From a virus: a DNA stretch of 64,000 nt. This document shows, piece after piece, positions 28,009-36,829 of this stretch. Position numbers and translations under genes: made by a program. Below the pieces are notes generated by a model. That model did not search any database. It worked only from the letters and a program-made list of their open reading frames with translations, and had not been told where the DNA came from. Location: positions 61,828-125,827 of IMG/VR virus record IMGVR_UViG_3300032770_000007. One strand, written 5' to 3'. Numbering within the stretch: the stretch's first letter is position 1; each line of letters begins with the position of its first letter.

Positions 28009-28334
28009 TTACCTTTACCTTCAACCTGATCTGTATGAGTACCTTCAACTGCAAAAACTGAATAGATAGCTATTGATGCCATTGTTACAAAAAATGAAAG
28101 AAATATCCACATCGTTACATTAGGAAAATAGACTATCCCTGATATAAATGCTAAGAGAAATAACCAAAGTCCAATAACCGCAATAATACCTCTCATATAA
28201 AGTGCTACAGAAATCCATAAAAAGACACATATGCCCAAAGCACTCCAAAAACTCAAAAATATAAACAATGTTATATGGGTGCCTATTATGGCCCAAAATA
28301 GAAGAATGTATAATATTGCTTTTAGGCGACTCAT
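28005..28334 (-). CDS. membrane protein (about 4 TM)
   Basis: Almost entirely hydrophobic. Confidence 0.65.
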   Translation of the reverse strand: MSRLKAILYILLFWAIIGTHITLFIFLSFWSALGICVFLWISVALYMRGIIAVIGLWLFLLAFISGIVYFPNVTMWIFLSFFVTMASIAIYSVFAVEGTHTDQVEGKGK

Positions 28335-29275
28335 TCTTTCATCTCACACTGTAGCATTATTTCACTAAACAAAGCCATTAGATTGATTTCTTTATCAGAG
28401 CAGAATGCTCCTCGGTACATGTACTGACCAAGCAATACAACAGCAGCAGGGACAAACTCTGGTTTGATAGCATCACCCAAATGGTCATAAACCTCACGCA
28501 TTATCTTATCAGTATCATTATCAGAGTGCTGTCCGACCCATTTTCTCAACTGACGAAAATCTTTTCTCTTCAACAAACTCATAACTTCTGTAATATTGCT
28601 GTTTGTTAGATTAGTAAGAATACCAACATCAATCTTTCCAGAAACAGAATATCTTTGTAACTCATTCAATACCCGACGAAAGTCAGGAAAGAACTTCATT
28701 ATCAACTGAGCAACTGTATTGGTATCATATTCAACATTTTCTTGAGCCAATATCTGCTTTACTCGTTTGAAAAACAAAGCAGCCAGACTTTGTTTCTGTT
28801 CTGATGTGATACTAAAGTCTATCACAGCACAACGAGAATGGAGAGGTGGAATCAAACGGTTTTTATAGTTACAAGTAAAGACAAAAGAACAGTTTCCAGC
28901 AAATTCTTCTATTACTCCACGAAAGGCTGGTTGCGTGCTATTAGGATTAAGGTAATCTGCCTCATCAATAATAACAACCTTACGACCACCAGTCAAAGAT
29001 ACCGCACTAGCATAGCCAACTATCTTGCCTCTAAGGGTATCTATATTACTTTCATTACTACCATTGATCATTATATGATCTAGACCAAGTTCATCGCAAA
29101 GAGCCTTGGCTACAGTAGTTTTGCCCATGCCTGATCCTCCAGCCAGGATCATATTAGGGATTTCATTCTTGGTTACATAGGTCTGGAAAGTTTGTTTCAA
29201 GTCATCAGGAAGGATACAATCCGCAATCAAATGTGGTCTGTACTTTTCAACCCAAAGCAAATGTTCATCAATCAT
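28331..29275 (-). CDS. gp44: clamp loader large subunit
   Basis: LWVEKYRP, GGSGMGKTT, IIDEAD, SRC motif. Confidence 0.97.
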   Translation of the reverse strand: MIDEHLLWVEKYRPHLIADCILPDDLKQTFQTYVTKNEIPNMILAGGSGMGKTTVAKALCDELGLDHIMINGSNESNIDTLRGKIVGYASAVSLTGGRKVVIIDEADYLNPNSTQPAFRGVIEEFAGNCSFVFTCNYKNRLIPPLHSRCAVIDFSITSEQKQSLAALFFKRVKQILAQENVEYDTNTVAQLIMKFFPDFRRVLNELQRYSVSGKIDVGILTNLTNSNITEVMSLLKRKDFRQLRKWVGQHSDNDTDKIMREVYDHLGDAIKPEFVPAAVVLLGQYMYRGAFCSDKEINLMALFSEIMLQCEMKE

Positions 29276-29382
29276 ATATTACCTTGTACTTAGCGGACCA
29301 TACTGTAAACCATACCACCAGCCACCACCCAAATAGAAGTAGGGAACAAAATAACTAGAATCACTTGGTACAGTTGTGCCCA

Positions 29383-30072
29383 TTAGGCTGCTTCCGCATT
29401 AGATTGACCAAACTCACTAAGATTCTTTTCAACAGCAACCCAATAGGTAACATTCTTTGAAGAGAACTTAGAAATACCCTTGGAAGCGATTTCAACTGTA
29501 TAGTCACCAGGCAGCAATCTAAGATTTTCTACCTTCAATACAAACTTGAAATCCTGTCCTGAAGTATTCTCTCCAATGAACAAAGTGCTATCATCAACAC
29601 CTTCTCCCTTGGCATCAGCAGCAGAGATCACAACATTCTTACCATCATTCTGAATGATGACATGGGGACACTTCAATACTGAACCTGTTTCCTCAATCCA
29701 TTTCAAATCCCTTTCTGATAGATTGATCTTGACATCAAAAGTAGCAATATTGATCTGCTTATCTGGGGGTACAATGATCACCTTCACATCAGAATAACGA
29801 ACACGTGATCTTCTTGAACCAGCACTTGATAGTACAAGATACTCTTCAGCAAAATCTACTTCAGGATTTTCATGAAGTGATAGAACTCCAAGAACCTTAT
29901 TCAGATCATAGATACCAAACTCTTTGGGAAAATCTTCTGTAACTTCTGCTTGAGCAAGAACAGCCTTATTTGTAGAAATTGTTCTAAGAATATTGCCTGG
30001 CTTTACTACAAGTCCAGGATTAATACTCGAAAAGTTCTTTAAGATTTCTATCGTAGATTCACTAAGTTTCAT
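29383..30072 (-). CDS. gp45: sliding clamp
   Basis: MKLSESTIEILKNFSSIN, FGIYDL, ENLRLLPGDY, YWVAVE. Confidence 0.96.
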   Translation of the reverse strand: MKLSESTIEILKNFSSINPGLVVKPGNILRTISTNKAVLAQAEVTEDFPKEFGIYDLNKVLGVLSLHENPEVDFAEEYLVLSSAGSRRSRVRYSDVKVIIVPPDKQINIATFDVKINLSERDLKWIEETGSVLKCPHVIIQNDGKNVVISAADAKGEGVDDSTLFIGENTSGQDFKFVLKVENLRLLPGDYTVEIASKGISKFSSKNVTYWVAVEKNLSEFGQSNAEAA

Positions 30073-30100
30073 AATAACATTACCTCACATTTGATACTAT

Positions 30101-30129
30101 ATTATCCTCTGAATATCTCTAATAGTCAA
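30101..30129 (-). promoter_or_regulatory. sigma70-type promoter TTGACT-N17-GATAAT upstream of gp45
   Basis: 17-bp spacer; the same CTTGACTATTA start occurs upstream of uvsY. Confidence 0.7.
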
Positions 30130-30392
30130 GGCAACATAGTTCTATTCCAGTCAACTACTCTAAAACATGTTTTCCTATTATCATTATAATGATATTCTCT
30201 ACCCATGTCTATTGATGCATCATATTCATAAGTACTCAATAATCTGCCATCTTCATCATATAAAAATATAATACCCATATCCAGTAATGCAACAGTAATA
30301 TAGGTTTGATCTGTACCTATTCGATCAACATTAGCTAGAATGCCATACAATGTGAAAAGCTCTCTCAAAACAGAAAGCGTATTATCATTCAT
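30126..30392 (-). CDS. small hypothetical protein (paralogue family)
   Basis: Pattern shared with ORFs at 61057, 61302 and 63365. Confidence 0.6.
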   Translation of the reverse strand: MNDNTLSVLRELFTLYGILANVDRIGTDQTYITVALLDMGIIFLYDEDGRLLSTYEYDASIDMGREYHYNDNRKTCFRVVDWNRTMLP

Positions 30393-31018
30393 TTAAAAAA
30401 TTCAACTACTTTGGCAACTATAGATTTCAGACTATCCAGTGAATAATCATTTTTGATAACCATTTCTACATGACTATTACACCAATCCCATTCTGAAATA
30501 TGAGGAAGTTGTTTGAAAATATGTTCTCGTATTTCTGGTAGATATCTATTTTGTTTATACATAATAGCCATCTGCATCCATTCTGGATCTGGTCCTCTTT
30601 TGACTCTGACAATATGCGCGCCTGCTATCTTATTGAGAGCATAGATTTCATTTTCAAATCTAACATCAGTGATTACATAATTTTTCTTTAGGTCAAGTCT
30701 ATTGATCAGACTTGAAGTCCAAAGATTATTACCAAAGATTTGTCTACCTGCTTCTGTTCCCATCCATTGTAAGGCCAAGCGAGGAGTGAATTCTGGTTTA
30801 TTAAGTTCCTTGGCCCAATAATCATCAACGGTATCTCGCCATCTTCTTGACTCATCCGTATCACCTTCAAGAAGCTTTCTATCCCAACCAAAAATGATCG
30901 AAACTGCATCTTTTAATGGTTTGGCAAAAGCCTCTGGAGTAAAACCATGATCTTTCTTAAGTAACTCTCCAACAGTGCTTTTACCAGAACCAATTAAGCC
31001 TATCAAACCAATAATCAT
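30389..31018 (-). CDS. gp1: deoxynucleoside monophosphate kinase
   Basis: GLIGSGKST, FAKPLKD, PRLALQWMGTE, ITDVRFENE, HISE. Confidence 0.93.
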   Translation of the reverse strand: MIIGLIGLIGSGKSTVGELLKKDHGFTPEAFAKPLKDAVSIIFGWDRKLLEGDTDESRRWRDTVDDYWAKELNKPEFTPRLALQWMGTEAGRQIFGNNLWTSSLINRLDLKKNYVITDVRFENEIYALNKIAGAHIVRVKRGPDPEWMQMAIMYKQNRYLPEIREHIFKQLPHISEWDWCNSHVEMVIKNDYSLDSLKSIVAKVVEFFK

Positions 31019-31021
31019 AGT

Positions 31022-31423
31022 TTATAATCCATAATATGTTTTAGTAATCTCTTCAATAATATATCTTTTTTTATTTTGTAAAAAGTTTTCAAAATCTTCT
31101 ACTATTTGATCTGAAGCGATTTGATCTGAAGCGAGATCATATCCATATTCATATTGTACATTTATAGGATAACGAAAATGTCCTCCGTATCTTGTTATTT
31201 TATTGACTTCTATACAATCATAAGGATGTATGTATGGGACAGAAGGAGTCAAAAATTCTGAATGATTTAACCATTTCCAATGACACCAAAGAGTTACTAG
31301 ATTAACTGATCCCATCATGACAATGTATTGTTCATAAGATATAGAAGGAATATATGGTCTCAATATTCCTTCAATTTCTGATACAGAAGCAAAGACGTGC
31401 TTCTGAAGAAGTTGTTCCATCAT
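31022..31423 (-). CDS. hypothetical protein
   Basis: ORF in operon. Confidence 0.55.
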   Translation of the reverse strand: MMEQLLQKHVFASVSEIEGILRPYIPSISYEQYIVMMGSVNLVTLWCHWKWLNHSEFLTPSVPYIHPYDCIEVNKITRYGGHFRYPINVQYEYGYDLASDQIASDQIVEDFENFLQNKKRYIIEEITKTYYGL

Positions 31424-31435
31424 AGAAAAAGATTT

Positions 31436-32350
31436 TTATAGCTTTCCTAAATGATTGGCTACAGCTGGCATGTCACCAGTAAATGCATAGGTACCAATGT
31501 GGTGCGTACGCATCCAAGGACACAACCAAACTTTACCACCCATGTTGCGCCAGTTCTGACAGAATGTATAATCTTCTGAAAGATAGCGATCAGAACCACC
31601 AACTTCCTTGGCTACTCCATCTACATTAATTGATCTCTTGCGATCAATCAAGCAATCAAAGAAAGCATGAATATAACGACTGCCATCAAAATGAGCCTGT
31701 CCAATATGGTCTGGCTTATAACGATATTCAGGATACTGGACCATGTATCTTTCAAATACTTCTTTCTTGACCATCATGTAACCAGTACCAATTTCCATGA
31801 CTTCAATAGGTTCGCCAATATTGAATTGACCTGTACCAGCCACAGCATTGAATACATAATCACCAACCAGCTTTTCTAGTTCTTCTGGTTTGATAGAGTT
31901 TTCTTCTGCGGATTTAGCCAGGTCAGCTGGTGTTGGGTTGCTGCCCTGAGCCAACTCAGTAACTCCTTTCCAGTTCAAACTACGTACAATGGCTTCTTTG
32001 ATAGCCCACCATTTGATTGACTTCTTTGGATATGGAGCACCAACGATATCCTTATCCATGGCTAAGAGAGTTAGAACGTCTCTTGGATCAAAATGAATAT
32101 CAGCATCGATGAAAAGTAAATGAGAATATCCTGATCTTAGAAATTCATCACAAAGATAGTTTCTGGCTCTAGTGATTAAGCTCTCATTGAAGATAAAAGA
32201 AAATCTGCTTTCAATACCAAACTGTTGGCACATGCCTTGAAGATCAAGACAAGACTTGGCATACATACCATGAGAAAATCCACCATACATGGGAGTAGCA
32301 ATAAACAGTTTTCTACTGGCGAGTTGTTCTCTTGTTATTTCTAAATTCAT
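31436..32350 (-). CDS. GT-A fold glycosyltransferase-like protein
   Basis: FIATPMYGG, ESLITRARN, FIDADI (DxD), GTGYMM, LSEDYTFC, H.G. Confidence 0.8.
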   Translation of the reverse strand: MNLEITREQLASRKLFIATPMYGGFSHGMYAKSCLDLQGMCQQFGIESRFSFIFNESLITRARNYLCDEFLRSGYSHLLFIDADIHFDPRDVLTLLAMDKDIVGAPYPKKSIKWWAIKEAIVRSLNWKGVTELAQGSNPTPADLAKSAEENSIKPEELEKLVGDYVFNAVAGTGQFNIGEPIEVMEIGTGYMMVKKEVFERYMVQYPEYRYKPDHIGQAHFDGSRYIHAFFDCLIDRKRSINVDGVAKEVGGSDRYLSEDYTFCQNWRNMGGKVWLCPWMRTHHIGTYAFTGDMPAVANHLGKL

Positions 32351-32360
32351 ATTATACCCT

Positions 32361-32939
32361 CTATATCAATTCAACCACTTCATCGGTGTCATGTAGTTCA
32401 AGACGCAACCAATTCACAATATCGACTAAATCAGCCTCATTATTATTGGTCATTTCAGTTATATAGTCCATCAAAACAAAGGATGAACTAATGTTGCTGT
32501 ATTTAGTATCCCTGCCCTTGATAAACTTCTCAGATTGAGTATCTTTTCTATCTATATGTCTTCTTTCTAAAATCATTGGATCTGTATGTATTAATAATAT
32601 TTTAAGATCCAATTTTCCTTCATCAACCAGTTCTGCAGCCTTTTCTAAAAATGAAGCAGTGAATAATCTATCACCTTCAAATAAGATATTGCCTGGACAC
32701 TCTTTCAAAAACATTATGGCTTCAGGCTGAACTGCCATGGATAGTTTATCAGTACCAGCAAACTGTTCATTCAAATCTGAGTAGTCTCCCAATATGTAAA
32801 GCTGATACTTGGGATCATACATTGTTTTGACGAGTTTTCTGGGTTCCTTGACTTCTAGTTCTCTATCAGCCAGGAACCTCTTCATAATACTTGTTTTGCC
32901 TGTAGCTGGCAGACCACCAATAGCTATCATTTTTTTCAT
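32361..32939 (-). CDS. P-loop kinase associated with base-modification operons
   Basis: GGLPATGKTS, FAGTDKLSM, EGDRL; adjacent to the aGPT-Pplase2-like gene. Confidence 0.8.
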   Translation of the reverse strand: MKKMIAIGGLPATGKTSIMKRFLADRELEVKEPRKLVKTMYDPKYQLYILGDYSDLNEQFAGTDKLSMAVQPEAIMFLKECPGNILFEGDRLFTASFLEKAAELVDEGKLDLKILLIHTDPMILERRHIDRKDTQSEKFIKGRDTKYSNISSSFVLMDYITEMTNNNEADLVDIVNWLRLELHDTDEVVELI

Positions 32940-34042
32940 TCAAACACCAATTCATTCACATTATGATAATACTTACTATTGAAACTATTTTCAAATACTG
33001 GAAAATCCTGATCCATCATTATCACTTCACCAGTCAATCTAAAATGATTTTGTTTCTCTTTTGATAGACCTGTTTGTTTGTGAGTAGGATCAGATGGATT
33101 ATCTTCTACTCGTAAGTATATAGGCAGAGTATCTTTACGTAGTTCGCGTTGATTATCAAATCTAAATCCCCAACGTTCTTCTGCCTTTTGGATCCTCTTA
33201 TAATGCATATCCAAATATACACCAGGATATCGGCGATCCTTTCTAAACCAGGATTTGTAACAACACATTGTACTTTCTAGTGTAAAGTAGGAATTATCTG
33301 GATGTGGATATTGTTCTGAACATTCTTTCAGAAGTCGTTCTCCTTCTTGTTCTAGCCAAGGAAGAACTTTGCTATAATCTCCATTGAAACCTGGATTCAA
33401 TGTTTCATGCCAATCCAAATCATCCCTGCCCAATATTTTACACAATCCATTTCTATGTGATTTGCTGCCATTTATATCATCCAAAAATAGACTATCACAA
33501 TCAATAGGCAGACCAGCAATCCTTAAATATTCCAAATAAGAAAAGGTGGATAATCTACCAAATAGAAAAAACTTTTCCATCACGTAGTTCCATAATCTAC
33601 GGAACCGGATATAGTTATCTCCATCAGTACCACAAACAGATTCAAAAAACTTGGATTGTGTCTGGCCATCAAGATTTGTAAGATATGATAAAACAATATC
33701 ACCAATCTTTGATTTGGTATATTTCCTATCCATGTCCCATTCTAGTTTGTGCCAATGTCTCATTACAAAACTATGAAGTTGATCTGCCTCATTCTTGGTA
33801 GGCAAATCTGGAAAATACCTAAGCAAAGTTTCTGTAGTTACTATGTTTTGACAAACCCCATTTAGAAAACAGGCCCAGAGTAATCGTTCTTTAGACCAAG
33901 CAAATCTATTAGCCAAATAAGGAAAAGCAGCATAAACAAAGCCTGGATGTGCTTTGTGCTTATTATGAAAATAGTAGAATCGTTTAAAGACTTCTCGACG
34001 ATTGATGGGTAAACGATAATCTTGATTAGCTAATAAAATCAT
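32936..34042 (-). CDS. amino acid:DNA transferase (aGPT-Pplase2-like, HhH glycosylase fold)
   Basis: HPGFVY, DMDRKY, FGRLSTFSYLEYL, GSKSHRNGL, TLESTMCCYK, RRYPGVYLD. Confidence 0.8.
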   Translation of the reverse strand: MILLANQDYRLPINRREVFKRFYYFHNKHKAHPGFVYAAFPYLANRFAWSKERLLWACFLNGVCQNIVTTETLLRYFPDLPTKNEADQLHSFVMRHWHKLEWDMDRKYTKSKIGDIVLSYLTNLDGQTQSKFFESVCGTDGDNYIRFRRLWNYVMEKFFLFGRLSTFSYLEYLRIAGLPIDCDSLFLDDINGSKSHRNGLCKILGRDDLDWHETLNPGFNGDYSKVLPWLEQEGERLLKECSEQYPHPDNSYFTLESTMCCYKSWFRKDRRYPGVYLDMHYKRIQKAEERWGFRFDNQRELRKDTLPIYLRVEDNPSDPTHKQTGLSKEKQNHFRLTGEVIMMDQDFPVFENSFNSKYYHNVNELVFE

Positions 34043-35031
34043 CCAACCTTGCCTCCTATAATCCAAAACATAGATTTACTCTTGTTTATATGAGCAAATA
34101 AATGAGAATGATCTAGCATAAAGTTCCATGCCTTGGACTCATAACGAGGATGAAAATCTATATTTTCATATTGTGCTTCTACTAGTTCATTATAAGTGCT
34201 ATAGCCATCTTTACAATATGAACAACTCTTTTCACCACAACCATTTTGAGCATCAAAGTGTTCTATTTGAATATCTTTTTTATACAAACTATTGATGAAA
34301 CTAAAATCAAAGATAAAGTCTGGATCATAACTATGCACTTTACCAATAGTGACTAATCTATCTCTAACATAAATTGGATTATTAGAACCAAGATTACCTA
34401 CACCAATCATTACAACTCTTTTTATATTTCTTGGATTGAGTGCCAGGCCATGAAGAACACTTACAATGCTGTTACAAGAACCAGCGGAGATAATCAATGT
34501 ATCAACTTCATCAGGTATGTTTGATACCTGAAAGGCACTCACACTATGAAACTTGGCTATGTACTCTGCTTCACCTGTTACTGTAATATTTGTTTCTAAA
34601 TGAAAGAGTTCTGGTGTTACGAGACCTTCAGCCTTGGCTTCTAATGTTTTGGCATAACCCACATTAGACACAACGAACTCAGCACCAAACTTTTGAGCCA
34701 TTTCAAGCATGGGATAGTTTATAATAGTTTGAGTTCCTGTTACATCAATATCTTTGAGACCATAATGATTACAAATAGCAGCAACCATTGGGTGTTGAGG
34801 AGAACCAGAAACAGCTCCATGAACAACTCCTGTCTTACCTTCTTTCACAGCCTTTTCATGGATTAGCCAAATACATTGTCGGCATTTGGTGCCATTGATG
34901 GAATTTGGACCAAGAGGAGCAAAGAAATCTTCCCTCTTGAACCACATATGACCAACTTTTTCTACTGGAGTTAGATCATACAAATGCTGATGCCAAGCAT
35001 CAGTCCATGGGGTCAATACAGATCGTGTCAC
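34039..35031 (-). CDS. fold-type II PLP-dependent enzyme
   Basis: LTPVE..WFKRED..NGTKCRQ (PLP Lys), SPQ, AGSCNS, HPRYESK, FWIIG. Confidence 0.85.
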   Translation of the reverse strand: MTRSVLTPWTDAWHQHLYDLTPVEKVGHMWFKREDFFAPLGPNSINGTKCRQCIWLIHEKAVKEGKTGVVHGAVSGSPQHPMVAAICNHYGLKDIDVTGTQTIINYPMLEMAQKFGAEFVVSNVGYAKTLEAKAEGLVTPELFHLETNITVTGEAEYIAKFHSVSAFQVSNIPDEVDTLIISAGSCNSIVSVLHGLALNPRNIKRVVMIGVGNLGSNNPIYVRDRLVTIGKVHSYDPDFIFDFSFINSLYKKDIQIEHFDAQNGCGEKSCSYCKDGYSTYNELVEAQYENIDFHPRYESKAWNFMLDHSHLFAHINKSKSMFWIIGGKVG

Positions 35032-35051
35032 AGAGCAGCTCTCCTTCCCTT

Positions 35052-35228
35052 CTATACCAAGTCAAATGGATATAGGTGGTCTCGTCGAAAGATTCTATCT
35101 AATATTCTTTGTGAGTAAACTCTTTCACAAAATGGGCATTTCCATTCCATGGTTTCAGGAAATTGTAAGAGTAAATAGGGAGGAGGGGATTGATAAGAGC
35201 AAGGAGCTTCAATACAGGTATATCTCAT
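35052..35228 (-). CDS. 58-aa putative Zn-ribbon protein (not in ORF track)
   Basis: MRYTCIEAPC...WKCPFCERVY; ATGA overlap with the dioxygenase stop. Confidence 0.55.
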   Translation of the reverse strand: MRYTCIEAPCSYQSPPPYLLLQFPETMEWKCPFCERVYSQRILDRIFRRDHLYPFDLV

Positions 35229-36496
35229 TCAAAAAGTTCCTCTAAGGTTGTGTAAGATTTAGTTTTTGTAATCAAATGTTCTTGATGTCTAGATCTTAAG
35301 AAGTCATACCATTCTTTAGTCTCAAACATAGACTGACTAACACCATTCCAACCATCTCTAGCCAGTACATGATTTGGATCTTTGCGTCTGTGTTCTACGA
35401 AATCATATCTGGCATCTTCGTATTCTTTTGTGCCCAATTCTAGCATATCCTCACGAAAGTAACACACAAGACTTATTCTCTCATGATCATCACCAGTTAT
35501 AGGAGTATTACCATGGATATACTCATGATTGTTGACCAGGAGCAGATCACCTGGTCTCAAATTCACAGCAGCTCTGATTTCTGGAAGTATTAGATATCCT
35601 CCCTGATAGTTTTTGTTCTTAGCCACAACAGAAAGATTACTAAATCCAGAGTTCAAATCTCCAGCATCTCTGTGAGCAGCTGTTCTGAAGTTTTTATTAA
35701 CAGTTATTGTAGTGAACACAGTACCTGGAATAACAAACTCTGGATCTAGTTTTTTAGCACACTCTAGTTGATTGGCAAATCTATTAGGTAACATTTCATA
35801 GAAACTTAGACTTAGTTTTTGTAAGAATGGAAAAGACAATTGGAACTTATCATAGTTGTGAGCAGTGTAACTAGTTGCTCTACCATAAGGAATACGAGGA
35901 TAGCGTCCAAAGTATCCAGCCACCCCACTTTCTACTGGATTGGCATAAGAGGTATCACTTATGAAAGTGTCTAATACCCATTTGGCTGCTTTTCTAATAT
36001 CTTCTGGTTCTGTGAAAGTAACTACTGCTCGTAGCCATCTGTTCCAATCAAAGTCATGCTTCTTGGTTTCAGAAGTCAACCAAACTTCTCCACGACATTC
36101 TGGATCCTTCTTTGCTCTGGCTCGTAAAGTTTCAATATCCTGTGGAATAGGTAATGTTTCAACTTTGCTTAAGAATTTGAGAATTTCTCTTTGTTCTGGA
36201 GTAAGCCATTCCCTCCCTTGAAGTTTCTTTCCCTTCGGACCAGCAGCCACTCCTCTATTTTGAGATTGTTTGGCTGCTTCTTTCAAACCATCATAGGCTC
36301 CAATCTGGTCTGCATCACTGAACCAATTCTTACGGAACTTCAGAATAATATTCTCTTCATCAGCTCTTTTATTATCAAATGGATCTTTGCGGTAAACATC
36401 ACAATCTTCTTCTAATAAAACATCGTAATGTTTTTCATCTAGGAATGTTTGAAGGAGATGCTCGCAATCAATCTTAGACAAGAATAGTGTTTTCAT
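35225..36496 (-). CDS. TET/JBP-family 2OG-Fe(II) dioxygenase
   Basis: FTTITVNKNFRTAAHRDAGD (HxD), HGNT, RISLVCYFRE; C-terminal LEELF clamp-binding-like peptide. Confidence 0.85.
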   Translation of the reverse strand: MKTLFLSKIDCEHLLQTFLDEKHYDVLLEEDCDVYRKDPFDNKRADEENIILKFRKNWFSDADQIGAYDGLKEAAKQSQNRGVAAGPKGKKLQGREWLTPEQREILKFLSKVETLPIPQDIETLRARAKKDPECRGEVWLTSETKKHDFDWNRWLRAVVTFTEPEDIRKAAKWVLDTFISDTSYANPVESGVAGYFGRYPRIPYGRATSYTAHNYDKFQLSFPFLQKLSLSFYEMLPNRFANQLECAKKLDPEFVIPGTVFTTITVNKNFRTAAHRDAGDLNSGFSNLSVVAKNKNYQGGYLILPEIRAAVNLRPGDLLLVNNHEYIHGNTPITGDDHERISLVCYFREDMLELGTKEYEDARYDFVEHRRKDPNHVLARDGWNGVSQSMFETKEWYDFLRSRHQEHLITKTKSYTTLEELFE

Positions 36497-36534
36497 ATTT
36501 TCTCTTAGATAACCCACCCACACTATATAGACAA

Positions 36535-36563
36535 AATAAAAATGGGGTCACAAAAGTGACCCC
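36535..36563 (-). terminator. Rho-independent terminator
   Basis: GGGGTCAC-TTTT-GTGACCCC followed by ATTTTTATTTT on the minus strand. Confidence 0.85.
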
Positions 36564-36647
36564 GAAGTGAGGCTTGCGCCTCTTGCGCGTCCAGGAGACG
36601 TTTGGACTGCGCTTATCCGTTGCGACTGCTACGGGTTCCTTGATGTT
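36535..36647 (-). ncRNA. candidate structured small RNA of about 110 nt
   Basis: GC-rich with three hairpins (one with a GCAA tetraloop), own promoter and terminator, no credible ORF on this strand. Confidence 0.65.
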
Positions 36648-36653
36648 AGATAT

Positions 36654-36682
36654 ATTCTACCTTCAATATCCGTAAGAGTCAA
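36654..36682 (-). promoter_or_regulatory. sigma70-type promoter TTGACT-N17-TAGAAT
   Basis: Near-consensus with a 17-bp spacer, directly upstream of the hairpin cluster. Confidence 0.8.
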
Positions 36683-36691
36683 ATGTCAGCA

Positions 36692-36829
36692 TCATTTCTT
36701 CTCATCCCAGGACTTACAAGCTAAGACAAGCATGAGGAAACTAACTCCAAATCCTAACAAGGATAGTCTAGTTTCAACATGGCTTGTTATGAACAATGAG
36801 CCCAAGCACCACAGTACATTTTTGTTCAT
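36692..36829 (-). CDS. 45-aa membrane peptide (not in ORF track)
   Basis: MNKNVLWCLGSLFITS...LLGFGVSFLMLVLAC; TAATG overlap with the CobS-like stop. Confidence 0.45.
   Translation of the reverse strand: MNKNVLWCLGSLFITSHVETRLSLLGFGVSFLMLVLACKSWDEKK

Noticed and set aside
31106-31135. 15-bp tandem duplication (ASDQI-ASDQI)
   Set aside because: Only two copies within a hypothetical ORF; most likely a simple slippage event
36565-36615. Superficial resemblance to the c-di-GMP-I riboswitch (CAAAC...GGACGC...AAGCCUC)
   Set aside because: The GNRA/receptor arrangement and P1 do not match by eye; it would need an Infernal hit
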